Part shown: piece by piece, positions 9,488-18,968 of the stretch
Layout of the letters: each line of letters begins with the position of its first letter
Position numbering within the stretch: position 1 is the stretch's first letter
Origin: an uncultured Lachnospiraceae bacterium
GTDB taxonomy: Bacteria > Bacillota > Clostridia > Lachnospirales > Lachnospiraceae
Assembly (NCBI GenBank): GCA_951800685.1
Contig: CATOJY010000005.1
Coordinates: forward strand, 21,447 to 85,446
Direction: 5' to 3'
Length of the DNA: 64,000 nt
Position numbers and translations under genes: made by a program
The notes under the pieces: model-generated
The model's input: only the letters and a program-made list of their open reading frames with translations
Told to the model about the DNA's origin: nothing
The model's database searches: none

Positions 9488-11158
9488 ATGGAACGAGCAT
9501 GGTGGAAAGAGGCGGTAGTTTATCAGATTTACCCGCGTAGTTTTATGGATAGTAACGGAGACGGTATTGGTGATTTGAATGGTATCACTTCCCGTCTGGA
9601 TTATCTGAAAGAGCTGGGAATTGATGTGATCTGGCTCTCTCCGATCTATCAGTCGCCCAATGATGACAATGGTTATGATATCAGTGATTATCAGGCGATT
9701 ATGCAGGAATTTGGCACGATGGAAGATTTCGACAGGATGATAGAAGGCATCCATCAGCGCGGTATGAAGCTGGTAATGGATTTGGTGGTAAACCATACAT
9801 CTGATGAGCATCCGTGGTTTGTGGAGAGTCGTAAGGACAGGGAGAATCCATACAGGGATTTCTACATATGGAGAGAAGGAAAGGATGGTAAGGCTCCCAA
9901 CAACTGGGGAAGTTATTTCTCTGGTTCTGCGTGGCAGTATGACGAAGCGACAGATATGTATTATCTGCATCTCTTTTCCAAGAAACAGCCGGATCTTAAC
10001 TGGGAGAATCCAAAAGTACGGGAGAATGTCTTCTCTATGATGAATTGGTGGTGTGCCGAGAAGGGAATTGACGGTTTCCGTATGGACGTGATCAGCCTGA
10101 TTTCCAAACGTCCGGGGCTGCCGGATGGTCCTAAGGCTCCAGAGGCGCTCTATGGATATGCTGACTGTGCGAATGGCCCGCGTGTGCATGAGTTCCTGAA
10201 AGAGATGAATCAGAAGGTGCTCTCTCAATATGATTTGATGACAGTAGGTGAGGCTGCTGGCGTTACGATCGAGGAAGCGAAACGCTATGCTGGTTTTGAG
10301 GAAAATGAGTTGAATATGGTTTTCCACTTCGAGCATGTAGGACTGGACGGTGGAAAACATGGCAAGTGGACAGATAAGAGAGTGCCGCTTGTAGAATTCA
10401 AGAAGGTTATGAGTGATTGGCAGACGGAGCTTGATGGCAAGGCATGGAATAGTCTGTATCTGAGTAATCATGACCAGCCCCGTTCAATTTCCCGTTTTGG
10501 CGATGATTCGCCAGAATACAGGGTAGTCTGTGCGAAGATGCTGGGTACTTGTCTGCACATGATGCAGGGAACTCCTTATGTGTATCAGGGAGAAGAGCTG
10601 GGTATGACAAATATGCCTTTTGCAGATATATCAGAAGTGAAAGATCTTGACAGCATCAATGCATATCATGAGATGTCCGAGGCGGGATTGATTTCGAAAG
10701 AAGACATGATGCGGTTTATCCGGCTAAAAGGCCGTGATAATGCACGTACACCTATGCAGTGGGATGATAGCGAGAATGCTGGTTTCACCACAGGAACGCC
10801 GTGGATTGGTGTGAACCCTAATTATACGGAGGTCAATGCAAAAGCGGCGGTGGCAGATGAGGATTCTATCTTCCATTATTATCGCAGGCTGATTGCGCTT
10901 AGAAAAGAGACGCCGATTATTGTCTATGGACATTATGCGTTGTTAGAACCGGATCATGAGTCATTGTATGTCTATACGCGGTCTTTAGAGGAACAGAAGA
11001 TGCTGGTGATCTGTAATTTCAAGAAAGAGCCAGTAAATTATGTGATTCCGGAAGAATTTAATGATGCGGAGATTTTGATTGGAAACTACGATCGTGAAGA
11101 AGCAAAGGGAACGATAGAAGTGAAGGCCTATGAGGCATTTGTATTATTAAAGAAGTAA
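9488..11158 (+). CDS. GH13 oligo-1,6-glucosidase/alpha-glucosidase
   Basis: WWKEAVVYQIYPRSF, QPDLN, GFRMDV (Val after the nucleophile, typical of 1,6-specific enzymes), VGE, NHDQPR, GRDNARTPMQW. Confidence 0.93.
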   Translation: MERAWWKEAVVYQIYPRSFMDSNGDGIGDLNGITSRLDYLKELGIDVIWLSPIYQSPNDDNGYDISDYQAIMQEFGTMEDFDRMIEGIHQRGMKLVMDLVVNHTSDEHPWFVESRKDRENPYRDFYIWREGKDGKAPNNWGSYFSGSAWQYDEATDMYYLHLFSKKQPDLNWENPKVRENVFSMMNWWCAEKGIDGFRMDVISLISKRPGLPDGPKAPEALYGYADCANGPRVHEFLKEMNQKVLSQYDLMTVGEAAGVTIEEAKRYAGFEENELNMVFHFEHVGLDGGKHGKWTDKRVPLVEFKKVMSDWQTELDGKAWNSLYLSNHDQPRSISRFGDDSPEYRVVCAKMLGTCLHMMQGTPYVYQGEELGMTNMPFADISEVKDLDSINAYHEMSEAGLISKEDMMRFIRLKGRDNARTPMQWDDSENAGFTTGTPWIGVNPNYTEVNAKAAVADEDSIFHYYRRLIALRKETPIIVYGHYALLEPDHESLYVYTRSLEEQKMLVICNFKKEPVNYVIPEEFNDAEILIGNYDREEAKGTIEVKAYEAFVLLKK

Positions 11159-11315
11159 TTAGTAACAGAAGAAGACATATTCTTGTGTCTGTCTTTTCTG
11201 GAATGATTATGGCAGGGCTGGTATAGGCAGCCAAAAAGATTTATCCCAGATATCATTATAAGAATATAACACGCAGCTCATCAGACAGTGGGCAGCGTGA
11301 GAATGGAGGATAACT

Positions 11316-13733
11316 ATGAAAGAACATTTAAAGATTGTAACCAATCCGGTCTCTTGTGCCGGAAATGTCATCCAGGGGGACCGTTATCGGATCACGGTGC
11401 TGACTTCACGCCTGTTGCGGTTGGAGTACAGTGAGGACGGTGTTTTTAATGACGCCGCTACGCAGACGGTTCTGAACCGTGACTTCCCGGAGACAACCTA
11501 TCAGGTGAAGGAGACGGAAGAAGAACTGGAACTGCGGACGGAGCATTTACAGTTAAATTATGACAAGCAGGCATTTACAAGCCATGGCCTGTCCTGTAAA
11601 TGTCTGGGTGTGAGTGCTGCTTATTTTGCAAGAACCTGGCATTTTGGTGAGGTGGAGGAAGAGGGAGGATTTTTGTCCAACCTGAAGGGAACTGCCCGTA
11701 CATTGGATGGAGTCAACGGCGCCTGTGCACTGGAAGATGGTATTATGTCAAAGGGTGGCTATGCCGTAATGGATGATTCCACTTCCCTGCTGCTTACAGA
11801 AGATGGATTTGTAGAACCCAGGAAAAAGGGCAGCAAGGACTTGTATTTCTTTGGTTATGGACATGACTATCTGGGTGCACTGAAAGATTTCTACTATCTG
11901 TGCGGCAAAACTCCTATGCTGCCGAGGTTTGCGCTTGGTAACTGGTGGAGCCGTTATTATCAGTATACAGAGGAATCTTACATGGAATTGATGGAACGGT
12001 TTGATCAGGAGAAGATTCCGTTTAGTGTTGCTGTTATCGATATGGACTGGCATAAGGTGGACATCGATCCAAAGTATGGCAGCGGCTGGACTGGTTATAG
12101 TTGGAACCGTGATTTCTTCCCGGATCCGAAGCGTTTCTTACAGTGGCTGCATGACCGGGGTATGAAGACGACCTTGAATGTACATCCTGCTGACGGTGTG
12201 CGTGCTTATGAGGACTGCTATCCGGAAGTGGCGGCAGCGATGGGTGTGGATGTTTCTAAAGAAGAACCAGTGAATTTTGATATTGCAGATCCGAAGTTCC
12301 TTTCCGTTTATTTCGAAAAGATCCATCATCCGATGGAGGAAGAGGGAGTAGATTTCTGGTGGCTGGATTGGCAGCAGGGGACGAATACAAAGATCGAAGG
12401 GCTTGATCCGTTGTGGATGCTGAATCATTTCCATTATCTTGACAGCGGCAGGGATGGTAAGAGACCTATGACCTTCTCCCGCTATGCAGGACCAGGATCA
12501 CACCGTTACCCGGTTGGATTCTCTGGTGATACTTATATTACCTGGGATTCCTTGGACTTCCAGCCTTATTTTACCAATACAGCATCTAACATCGGATACG
12601 GTTGGTGGAGCCACGATATCGGTGGACATATGATGGGATACAGGGATGAGGAATTGGAGGTGCGTTGGTATCAGTACGGTGTGTTCTCTCCGATTAACCG
12701 TCTGCACAGCAGCAACAGCAGATTTAGCGGCAAGGAACCATGGAAATTCAGTATGGAAGCAGCACATGTGATGGGCGAATTCCTGCGTCTGCGTCATCGT
12801 TTGGTGCCTTATCTGTATACGATGAACTATAGGGCGTGGAAGGAAGATGAACCGATCTGTCAACCGATGTACTATGCTGCACCGGAGGATCTTGCCTCTT
12901 ATAAGACACCGAATGAGTATCTGTTTGGTTCTGAAATGCTGGTAGCGCCTGTGACGACAAAGCGGATTCCGAGTGTACGGCTTGCGAAAGTTATGGCATG
13001 GCTGCCGGAAGGACTCTGGTTTGATTTCTTTGATGGAAGAGTTTACGATGGCGGACGTACGATGGAATTATACAGACCGCTGGCACAGATACCGGTGTTG
13101 GCGCGTGCTGGCGCGATCATTCCGATGACAGACCAGATCAGTGCCAAAGAGGTAGAACAGAATCCAGAGAGTCTGGAAGTGCGCGTATATGCAGGTGCAG
13201 ATGGAACATTCACGCTTTATGAGGATGATGGGGTATCCTGTGACTACGAGAAGGATGACTGTGCGAAGACTCCTATGGAATTCCACTGGACGGACGAGAA
13301 GACATTCTTTATAAATCCGGTAGAAGGCAATACAGCGCTTATTCCGGCGAAGCGTACCTACCGTATCCGTATCTTTGGAAGCACGGCAACAGAAGCGGTG
13401 GTGCTGCGCGGCGGCAGTGAAGTAAAGGTTGAAACAAGCTGCTGCTCCAAACGTCATGTGCTTACTATTGAGCTGACAGATGTGGCAGCAGAGGAGAAGA
13501 TTGAGATCCGCCTGCCGAAAGATACTTGTATTGCAGAGAATCCGGTTATGGAACAGGTGGATGAGCTGTTGAATATGGCTGAAATTGGTTTCACACAGAA
13601 AGAAATCCTGTTTGCTCTTTTGGATAAGCGTAAAGATCAGCTCAGCATTCTGACTGGTGAACTGCAGGCTATGGATTTAGACGACGCACTGCGCGGCGCA
13701 TTGCTGGAGATTGTGACGGCGTATCAGAAGTAA
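11316..13733 (+). CDS. GH31 glycoside hydrolase (alpha-glucosidase type)
   Basis: GNWWSRY, DMDWH, WWLDWQQ, GFSGDT, WWSHDIGGH, LYEDDG. Confidence 0.9.
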   Translation: MKEHLKIVTNPVSCAGNVIQGDRYRITVLTSRLLRLEYSEDGVFNDAATQTVLNRDFPETTYQVKETEEELELRTEHLQLNYDKQAFTSHGLSCKCLGVSAAYFARTWHFGEVEEEGGFLSNLKGTARTLDGVNGACALEDGIMSKGGYAVMDDSTSLLLTEDGFVEPRKKGSKDLYFFGYGHDYLGALKDFYYLCGKTPMLPRFALGNWWSRYYQYTEESYMELMERFDQEKIPFSVAVIDMDWHKVDIDPKYGSGWTGYSWNRDFFPDPKRFLQWLHDRGMKTTLNVHPADGVRAYEDCYPEVAAAMGVDVSKEEPVNFDIADPKFLSVYFEKIHHPMEEEGVDFWWLDWQQGTNTKIEGLDPLWMLNHFHYLDSGRDGKRPMTFSRYAGPGSHRYPVGFSGDTYITWDSLDFQPYFTNTASNIGYGWWSHDIGGHMMGYRDEELEVRWYQYGVFSPINRLHSSNSRFSGKEPWKFSMEAAHVMGEFLRLRHRLVPYLYTMNYRAWKEDEPICQPMYYAAPEDLASYKTPNEYLFGSEMLVAPVTTKRIPSVRLAKVMAWLPEGLWFDFFDGRVYDGGRTMELYRPLAQIPVLARAGAIIPMTDQISAKEVEQNPESLEVRVYAGADGTFTLYEDDGVSCDYEKDDCAKTPMEFHWTDEKTFFINPVEGNTALIPAKRTYRIRIFGSTATEAVVLRGGSEVKVETSCCSKRHVLTIELTDVAAEEKIEIRLPKDTCIAENPVMEQVDELLNMAEIGFTQKEILFALLDKRKDQLSILTGELQAMDLDDALRGALLEIVTAYQK

Positions 13734-13908
13734 GAGTGTGCGCTCTATGAAACGAGAGAATATAAGATTAAGATAAGATGTGGTATGGTCAAAATACCTT
13801 GCGGTAAAGCGAAATACATTTTCGGGTTATAATACCGGACTTGCAGGCAGCGTGCCGCAGGGTATTTGGCGTTATGGAGATATTGTTAGGAAAAGAAAGG
13901 AGTCCATT

Positions 13909-16900
13909 ATGGACATGTTTTTTACTGATTCGAAATTACAACAAAGGATCCAGGAGCTGGAGAAATATCGTTATCGCGATATTATGCCGTTGTCAGAGTT
14001 CCAAATGACAGATGCGGATCCAAAAGTAATCAATCCAACGGTACCGACGCCCGATGAGAACTGGGAGCAGGTAAAGACCGGTGATCACTGGTGTGGAAGA
14101 GACAGATATCTGTGGCTGATCCGTACTGTACAGGTTCCAGAAGAGTGGCGGGGACGCCGTGTGGTAGGGGTATTCAATTTTGGTAATATGGGCATAGAGA
14201 AGAATTCCTCTTTTGAGGCGATGTGCTATCTAGATGGTAAGATCTATCAGGGAGTGGATGAAAACCATAAAGAAGTATTTCTGCCGGAAGCTCTGTGTGG
14301 CACAAAGTTCAATCTCGCCTTCCGGTTTTGGTCGGGATTGGAAGGCGGCGGTATTCCCACGCTGCAGGAACATAAGCTGCAGAGGGCAGATCTGGCATGG
14401 CTGGATGAGACTGTGGACGATCTGTACTATCTCGGAAAAGTCATGTTGGATACTGTGAAATTGCTTGCAGAGGAGGATCCTGTGGCATATGAACTCAGGA
14501 CAGCTCTAGACCAGGCATTGCTGCTTGTGGATTGGTCAGAACCGGGCAGTGAAGCTTTCTATGCTTCTGTGGAAGAGGCAGGCAGGAAGCTCAATGAGCT
14601 TGTAGATGCAATGGACAAGCATTCACTTGTGACGATTTCCGGTGTCGGACATACGCACATTGATATGGCATGGCTATGGCAGTTAAAGCATACAAAGGAG
14701 AAGGCGTCACGTTCTTTTGCTACTGTACTGCGCATGATGGAACTTTTCCCGGAATACTATTTCCTGCAGACGCAGCCACAGCTCTACGCTTATGTCAAGG
14801 AAGAATTCCCAGAGCTCTACGACGAGATCAAGAAGCGTGTACAGGAAGGTCGTTGGGAACCAGACGGCGGTATGTGGGTGGAAGCAGACTGTAACTTGAC
14901 CAGTGGAGAATCCCTGACAAGACAATTCCTCTTAGGAAGAAAGTTCATGCTGGAAGAGTTTGGAAAGGAGCCTACTTTCCTGTGGCTGCCTGATGTTTTT
15001 GGTTATTCCTGGGCACTGCCTCAGATTCTGAAGAAGTCTGGGATCGAGCTTTTCATGACGACGAAGATCAGCTGGAGTCAGTACAACCGGATGCCGCATG
15101 ATACGTTCCGGTGGAAAGGTCTGGACGGTTCGGAGATCCTGACCCATTTCATCACCACACTGGAACCGAACCCTGACTGTTGGTTCTACACCTATAATGG
15201 CCAGCTTACCCCTGAGACGGTATTGGGATCCTGGAAGGCCTACCGGGAAAAGGCGGTGAATAAGGATATTCTAATCTCTTATGGATTCGGTGATGGCGGC
15301 GGCGGTGTGAACCGGGATATGCTGGAGCTTCGAAGACGCTTAGACCAGATTCCCGGTGTTCCGAATGTGAAGACAACGAAAGCGGGCGACTATTTTGATA
15401 AATTAAAAAATACCTTTGCGAACACAGACCAGTATGTGCACACATGGGATGGCGAACTGTATCTGGAATATCATAGAGGTACGTATACCAGTCATGCGCA
15501 CAACAAACGCATGAATCGGAAGATGGAACTGCTGTACCGCAAGGCAGAGTGGCTGACAGCGATGGCGGCGCTTGCGAAAGGAGATCTTAGCGAAGCACAG
15601 CAGGAAGCTCTGACAGATGGATGGCATCTGATCCTGGTAAACCAGTTCCATGATATCATTCCGGGATCCTCGATCCGCGAGGTATATGAGGATTCGAAGG
15701 AAGATTACGAGAAGATCAGACAGATTGGAGAGGCGGTCGCTGACAAGGCGGTGAAGCAGGCTCTTGTGGATGAGAAGGCAGTGACGGTATATAATGCGTC
15801 GGGATGGTCTATGGATGAACTGATCGAAGTTCCTGTGCAGGAAGGTATCGTCTACCGTGAGGCAGATGGAGCAGTGTGTCTGTCACAGAAAGCAAATGAT
15901 AAGCAGTATGTTTTGGTAAAGAATGTGCCGGCGATGGGATGTAAGACATTGTATGCGGCTGAGGCACAGGAATCCAGGACACAGGAAGATCTGTTTACAG
16001 TCAAGGATCGGGAGATTGAGACACCGTTTTACAATCTTTCCTTCAATGAGGCGGGACAGTTGACACGCATCTATGACCGCAAGGAGAGTAGAGAAGTCCT
16101 GGCCGTGGGTGAGCGGGGCAATGTGCTGCAGATGTTCGAGGACAAGCCTATGAATTATGATGCGTGGGATATTGACTTGTTCTATCAGCAGAAGATGCGG
16201 GAGATCACGGATCTCACAGCTTTTGAAGTGACAGAATGTGGGCCTTTGCGCTTAACGCTGCATCTGGAATGGAAGTATGGAAAGTCAGTCATCAGCCAGA
16301 ATGTGATCTTGTACAGCGGCGACAGACGTATTGATTTCCAGACAGAGGTAGATTTCCATGAACGCCAGCAGCTCTTAAAAGCGGCGTTCCCTGTAGATGT
16401 GCGCAGCACGTATGCAACCTATGATATCCAGTATGGCAATGTGCGCAGACCGAATCATTGGAATACAAGCTGGGATCAGGCAAGGTTTGAGTCGGTGGGA
16501 CACAGATTTGCCGATTTGTCAGAGCACGATTACGGTGTGGCACTGTTGAACGACTGCAAGTATGGCTATGATATCAAGGACAATGTATTGCGTATATCTC
16601 TGATCAAGTCGGCGGTCAGCCCAGACTATGAGCAGGATCAGGGGATGCATTACTTTACCTACTCCTTATTTCCGCATACAGGCGATTTCGTGGAAGGCGG
16701 CGTGGTAGAGGTAGCGCATGCGCTGAATAATCCGATGGATGTCTATGATGGAAGCAGCGCGATGTCAGGAAAGAGTTTCTTTACGCTTGATAACCGCAAT
16801 GTGGAAGTTGATGCAGTAAAGAAATCAGAAGACGGGAAGTATCTGGTTATCCGTCTGCATGAATTTGCCGGTGCCCGCCAGCAGGTAGAGCTTAAGCCGT

Positions 16901-17034
16901 CCTTTGCTTATATGGCATGGACAGAAGGTGATTTGATGGAGCGTCCGGTCGGAGAGTTCAAGAGCGGCGCTGTACAGCTTACTGTACGGCCTTATGAGAT
17001 ACAGACGTTACTATTCAAGATAAAAGAAGACTAG
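13909..17034 (+). CDS. GH38 alpha-mannosidase
   Basis: HTHIDMAWLW, WLPDVFGYS, GDGGGG, ELYLEYHRGTYTS, QFHDIIPGSS; RBS AAGGAG favours ATG 13909. Confidence 0.93.
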   Translation: MDMFFTDSKLQQRIQELEKYRYRDIMPLSEFQMTDADPKVINPTVPTPDENWEQVKTGDHWCGRDRYLWLIRTVQVPEEWRGRRVVGVFNFGNMGIEKNSSFEAMCYLDGKIYQGVDENHKEVFLPEALCGTKFNLAFRFWSGLEGGGIPTLQEHKLQRADLAWLDETVDDLYYLGKVMLDTVKLLAEEDPVAYELRTALDQALLLVDWSEPGSEAFYASVEEAGRKLNELVDAMDKHSLVTISGVGHTHIDMAWLWQLKHTKEKASRSFATVLRMMELFPEYYFLQTQPQLYAYVKEEFPELYDEIKKRVQEGRWEPDGGMWVEADCNLTSGESLTRQFLLGRKFMLEEFGKEPTFLWLPDVFGYSWALPQILKKSGIELFMTTKISWSQYNRMPHDTFRWKGLDGSEILTHFITTLEPNPDCWFYTYNGQLTPETVLGSWKAYREKAVNKDILISYGFGDGGGGVNRDMLELRRRLDQIPGVPNVKTTKAGDYFDKLKNTFANTDQYVHTWDGELYLEYHRGTYTSHAHNKRMNRKMELLYRKAEWLTAMAALAKGDLSEAQQEALTDGWHLILVNQFHDIIPGSSIREVYEDSKEDYEKIRQIGEAVADKAVKQALVDEKAVTVYNASGWSMDELIEVPVQEGIVYREADGAVCLSQKANDKQYVLVKNVPAMGCKTLYAAEAQESRTQEDLFTVKDREIETPFYNLSFNEAGQLTRIYDRKESREVLAVGERGNVLQMFEDKPMNYDAWDIDLFYQQKMREITDLTAFEVTECGPLRLTLHLEWKYGKSVISQNVILYSGDRRIDFQTEVDFHERQQLLKAAFPVDVRSTYATYDIQYGNVRRPNHWNTSWDQARFESVGHRFADLSEHDYGVALLNDCKYGYDIKDNVLRISLIKSAVSPDYEQDQGMHYFTYSLFPHTGDFVEGGVVEVAHALNNPMDVYDGSSAMSGKSFFTLDNRNVEVDAVKKSEDGKYLVIRLHEFAGARQQVELKPSFAYMAWTEGDLMERPVGEFKSGAVQLTVRPYEIQTLLFKIKED

Positions 17035-17043
17035 AACGAATAG

Positions 17044-17088
17044 AAAACCGCTGCAAGGTTTAGATAGGCGAAACCGGCAGCGGTTTTT
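17044..17088. terminator. Bidirectional terminator between GH38 and AraC
   Basis: AAAACCGCTGC...GCAGCGGTTTTT inverted repeat between convergent genes. Confidence 0.75.
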
Positions 17089-17091
17089 ACA

Positions 17092-17937
17092 TTATGGTGT
17101 CTCTAGTTTGCGTACATCAGAAGGGGTGTGCCCATATAATTTCTTAAAACTTGCATTAAAGTTTTTCTGATTTGTAAATCCATTCATTTCCATAATTTCT
17201 GAGACAGGCGTGTCTGTGTGCAGCAGATCCTGATAGACATGATTCAATCGAATTCCTGTCAGATATTCCTGAAAAGTGATCCCCATGCTCTGTCTGAACA
17301 GACGGCAGAAATATTCCCGGCTGATGCTTAACTGATCCGCAGCTTCTGTCAGGGAGATGGGTTCGCCATAATGTTCTTCAACCCAGGGGAGGATTTCATG
17401 AATCCGGCCGATGGAGGACTGTTTTGATTCTGGTTGTTCCTCTTTGCTATGTGTTCCGAAATGGCGGAGAAGCCGGGCCAGAACCTGTAGAATGATCCCT
17501 TCCGATTCCAGACATACTTCTGGGGTTTCCAGAATATACAATTTGGTCAGCTGGGACATCATCTGACAGATTTCATAATAGACTGGAAACTGTGTGTCAC
17601 TGATTTTCTCTGGGATACATACAATTTGGTATTGTCCGATGTCTGGAAGATAACTTTTCAGTTTTTCCTTTGAGATATGGACGCAGATATTCATAGCAGT
17701 ATCACCGTCAATCTGTGTGCTATGTGCCTGACGGGACTCAATCACAGTAAGATTCTTTTTCGGAAGGCTGTACCGTTCTCCTTCTAATAGAAGATTCATA
17801 TTTCCATTGAGTGGATATAAGATCTCCAATGTTTCATGCCAATGCAGGGGATTGAAGCCACCGGGAAGCGTCTGGTAGAGAATGCGGATTCCTAAAGGGC
17901 TGCTCTGAATAGGAGCCTCATAATAGCTATGGTACAT
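17092..17937 (-). CDS. AraC-family regulator, divergent from the peptide triplet
   Basis: LHWHETLEILY cupin; ISREYFCRLF and NGFTNQKNFNASFKKLYGHTPS HTH; RBS AGGAGG before ATG 17937. Confidence 0.92.
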   Translation of the reverse strand: MYHSYYEAPIQSSPLGIRILYQTLPGGFNPLHWHETLEILYPLNGNMNLLLEGERYSLPKKNLTVIESRQAHSTQIDGDTAMNICVHISKEKLKSYLPDIGQYQIVCIPEKISDTQFPVYYEICQMMSQLTKLYILETPEVCLESEGIILQVLARLLRHFGTHSKEEQPESKQSSIGRIHEILPWVEEHYGEPISLTEAADQLSISREYFCRLFRQSMGITFQEYLTGIRLNHVYQDLLHTDTPVSEIMEMNGFTNQKNFNASFKKLYGHTPSDVRKLETP

Positions 17938-18102
17938 AACGTATCCTCCTGTAAATGTCAATATTGCCTTACAAGAAGTCAAAAAAATATCTAGTTGCAA
18001 GGCTCATAATGGGGTATGCTCTGTATTGTAAACGGAACAGAGATAATCATAACATCTCTGAAAAGTAAAAGCAAATCCGAAAAGGAAGAAAGGGTGCTGA
18101 TT

Positions 18103-18243
18103 ATGAAAAGTTATATGAGAACTATGGTGGCAAATTACTTTGTTAAGAATCTGGTTGCTTTGAAGCATGTAGAAGATAGTTCTGCAGAAGTGCTCAAAAG
18201 GAATTCCTACACATTGCTGAATGTATCTCCCAGAGCTTTCTAG
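18103..18243 (+). CDS. Small peptide paralog 1 (46 aa) MKSYMRTMVANYFVKNLVALKHVEDSSAEVLKRNSYTLLNVSPRAF
   Basis: RBS GAAAGGGTG; homologous to the two downstream ORFs; the ORF track start at 18016 is over-extended. Confidence 0.85.
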   Translation: MKSYMRTMVANYFVKNLVALKHVEDSSAEVLKRNSYTLLNVSPRAF

Positions 18244-18414
18244 AGATCGCCCAGACAGCCGGGGAGGAAAAGCAAATGCGCATGTAAGGATCTTACAGCA
18301 TAGCCTGCAGGATCAATAAAAAGATAAATAGATAAGCAGAGAAGAAGAACAAAGTAATAGACCAGTAACGAAACAAGATGGAATCTGAATTGAAAAAAGA
18401 AAGGTGAATTGATC

Positions 18415-18561
18415 ATGAAAAATTATATGAAAACTATGGTAGAGAACTATTTCACAAAGAATCTGGTATTTTTTAACCAGGTGGGCGACGAGAACGTACC
18501 AGCAGAAGTGCTGAAGAGAAATTCTTATACACTGTTGAACGTATCTCCAAGAGCTTTCTAA
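18415..18561 (+). CDS. Small peptide paralog 2 (48 aa) MKNYMKTMVENYFTKNLVFFNQVGDENVPAEVLKRNSYTLLNVSPRAF
   Basis: Manual translation; RBS GAAAGGTG; absent from ORF track; synonymous divergence from its paralogs. Confidence 0.87.
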   Translation: MKNYMKTMVENYFTKNLVFFNQVGDENVPAEVLKRNSYTLLNVSPRAF

Positions 18562-18740
18562 GGCATCTTAAGGATCGCAGAAGAAAAGCTTCAAATATCT
18601 GGACAGAATTGCGAGGTATCGCTTGTAGATACTGTTTAGATGAAATGCTAAAGCGGGTAAAAGTTAGAGTAAGACAAGAAACAGACAAATAATATGACAG
18701 AATAGAAATCTGAATTGGAAAAAGAAAGGTGAGTTTAATT

Positions 18741-18887
18741 ATGAAAAATTATATGAGAACTATGGTAGAGACATACTTCACAAAGAATCTGGTTATCTTC
18801 AATCATGTAGGCGATGAGAATGTGCCGACAGAGATGCTCAAGAGAAATTCTTACACACTGTTGAATGTGTCTCCGAGATTCTTCTAA
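18741..18887 (+). CDS. Small peptide paralog 3 (48 aa) MKNYMRTMVETYFTKNLVIFNHVGDENVPTEMLKRNSYTLLNVSPRFF
   Basis: Manual translation; RBS GAAAGGTG; 41/48 identical to paralog 2; absent from ORF track. Confidence 0.87.
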   Translation: MKNYMRTMVETYFTKNLVIFNHVGDENVPTEMLKRNSYTLLNVSPRFF

Positions 18888-18925
18888 GATGAAGAAGCAG
18901 ATAAGAACTGAACAATATGAGAAAT

Positions 18926-18962
18926 GACCGGTGTGCCAAGTTTTTGGCAGGCCGGTCTTTTT
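18926..18962 (+). terminator. Terminator closing the peptide triplet
   Basis: GACCGGtgTGCCAA-gttt-TTGGCAggCCGGTC followed by TTTTT. Confidence 0.75.
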
Positions 18963-18968
18963 GATATG

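Noticed and set aside
9482-10471. 329-aa antisense ORF
   Set aside because: Shadow of the GH13 gene in the codon-mirrored frame; no motifs
18016-18102. 29-aa N-terminal extension of peptide 1 in the ORF track, which could be read as a leader peptide
   Set aside because: No RBS at 18016, it overlaps the likely -10, and paralogs 2 and 3 start at the Met equivalent to 18103 with a strong RBS
18103-18887. Approximately 320-bp periodic repeats as a CRISPR array or non-coding repeat
   Set aside because: The repeated units are about 145-bp ORFs with synonymous divergence, spacers are 170-180 bp, and there are no cas genes
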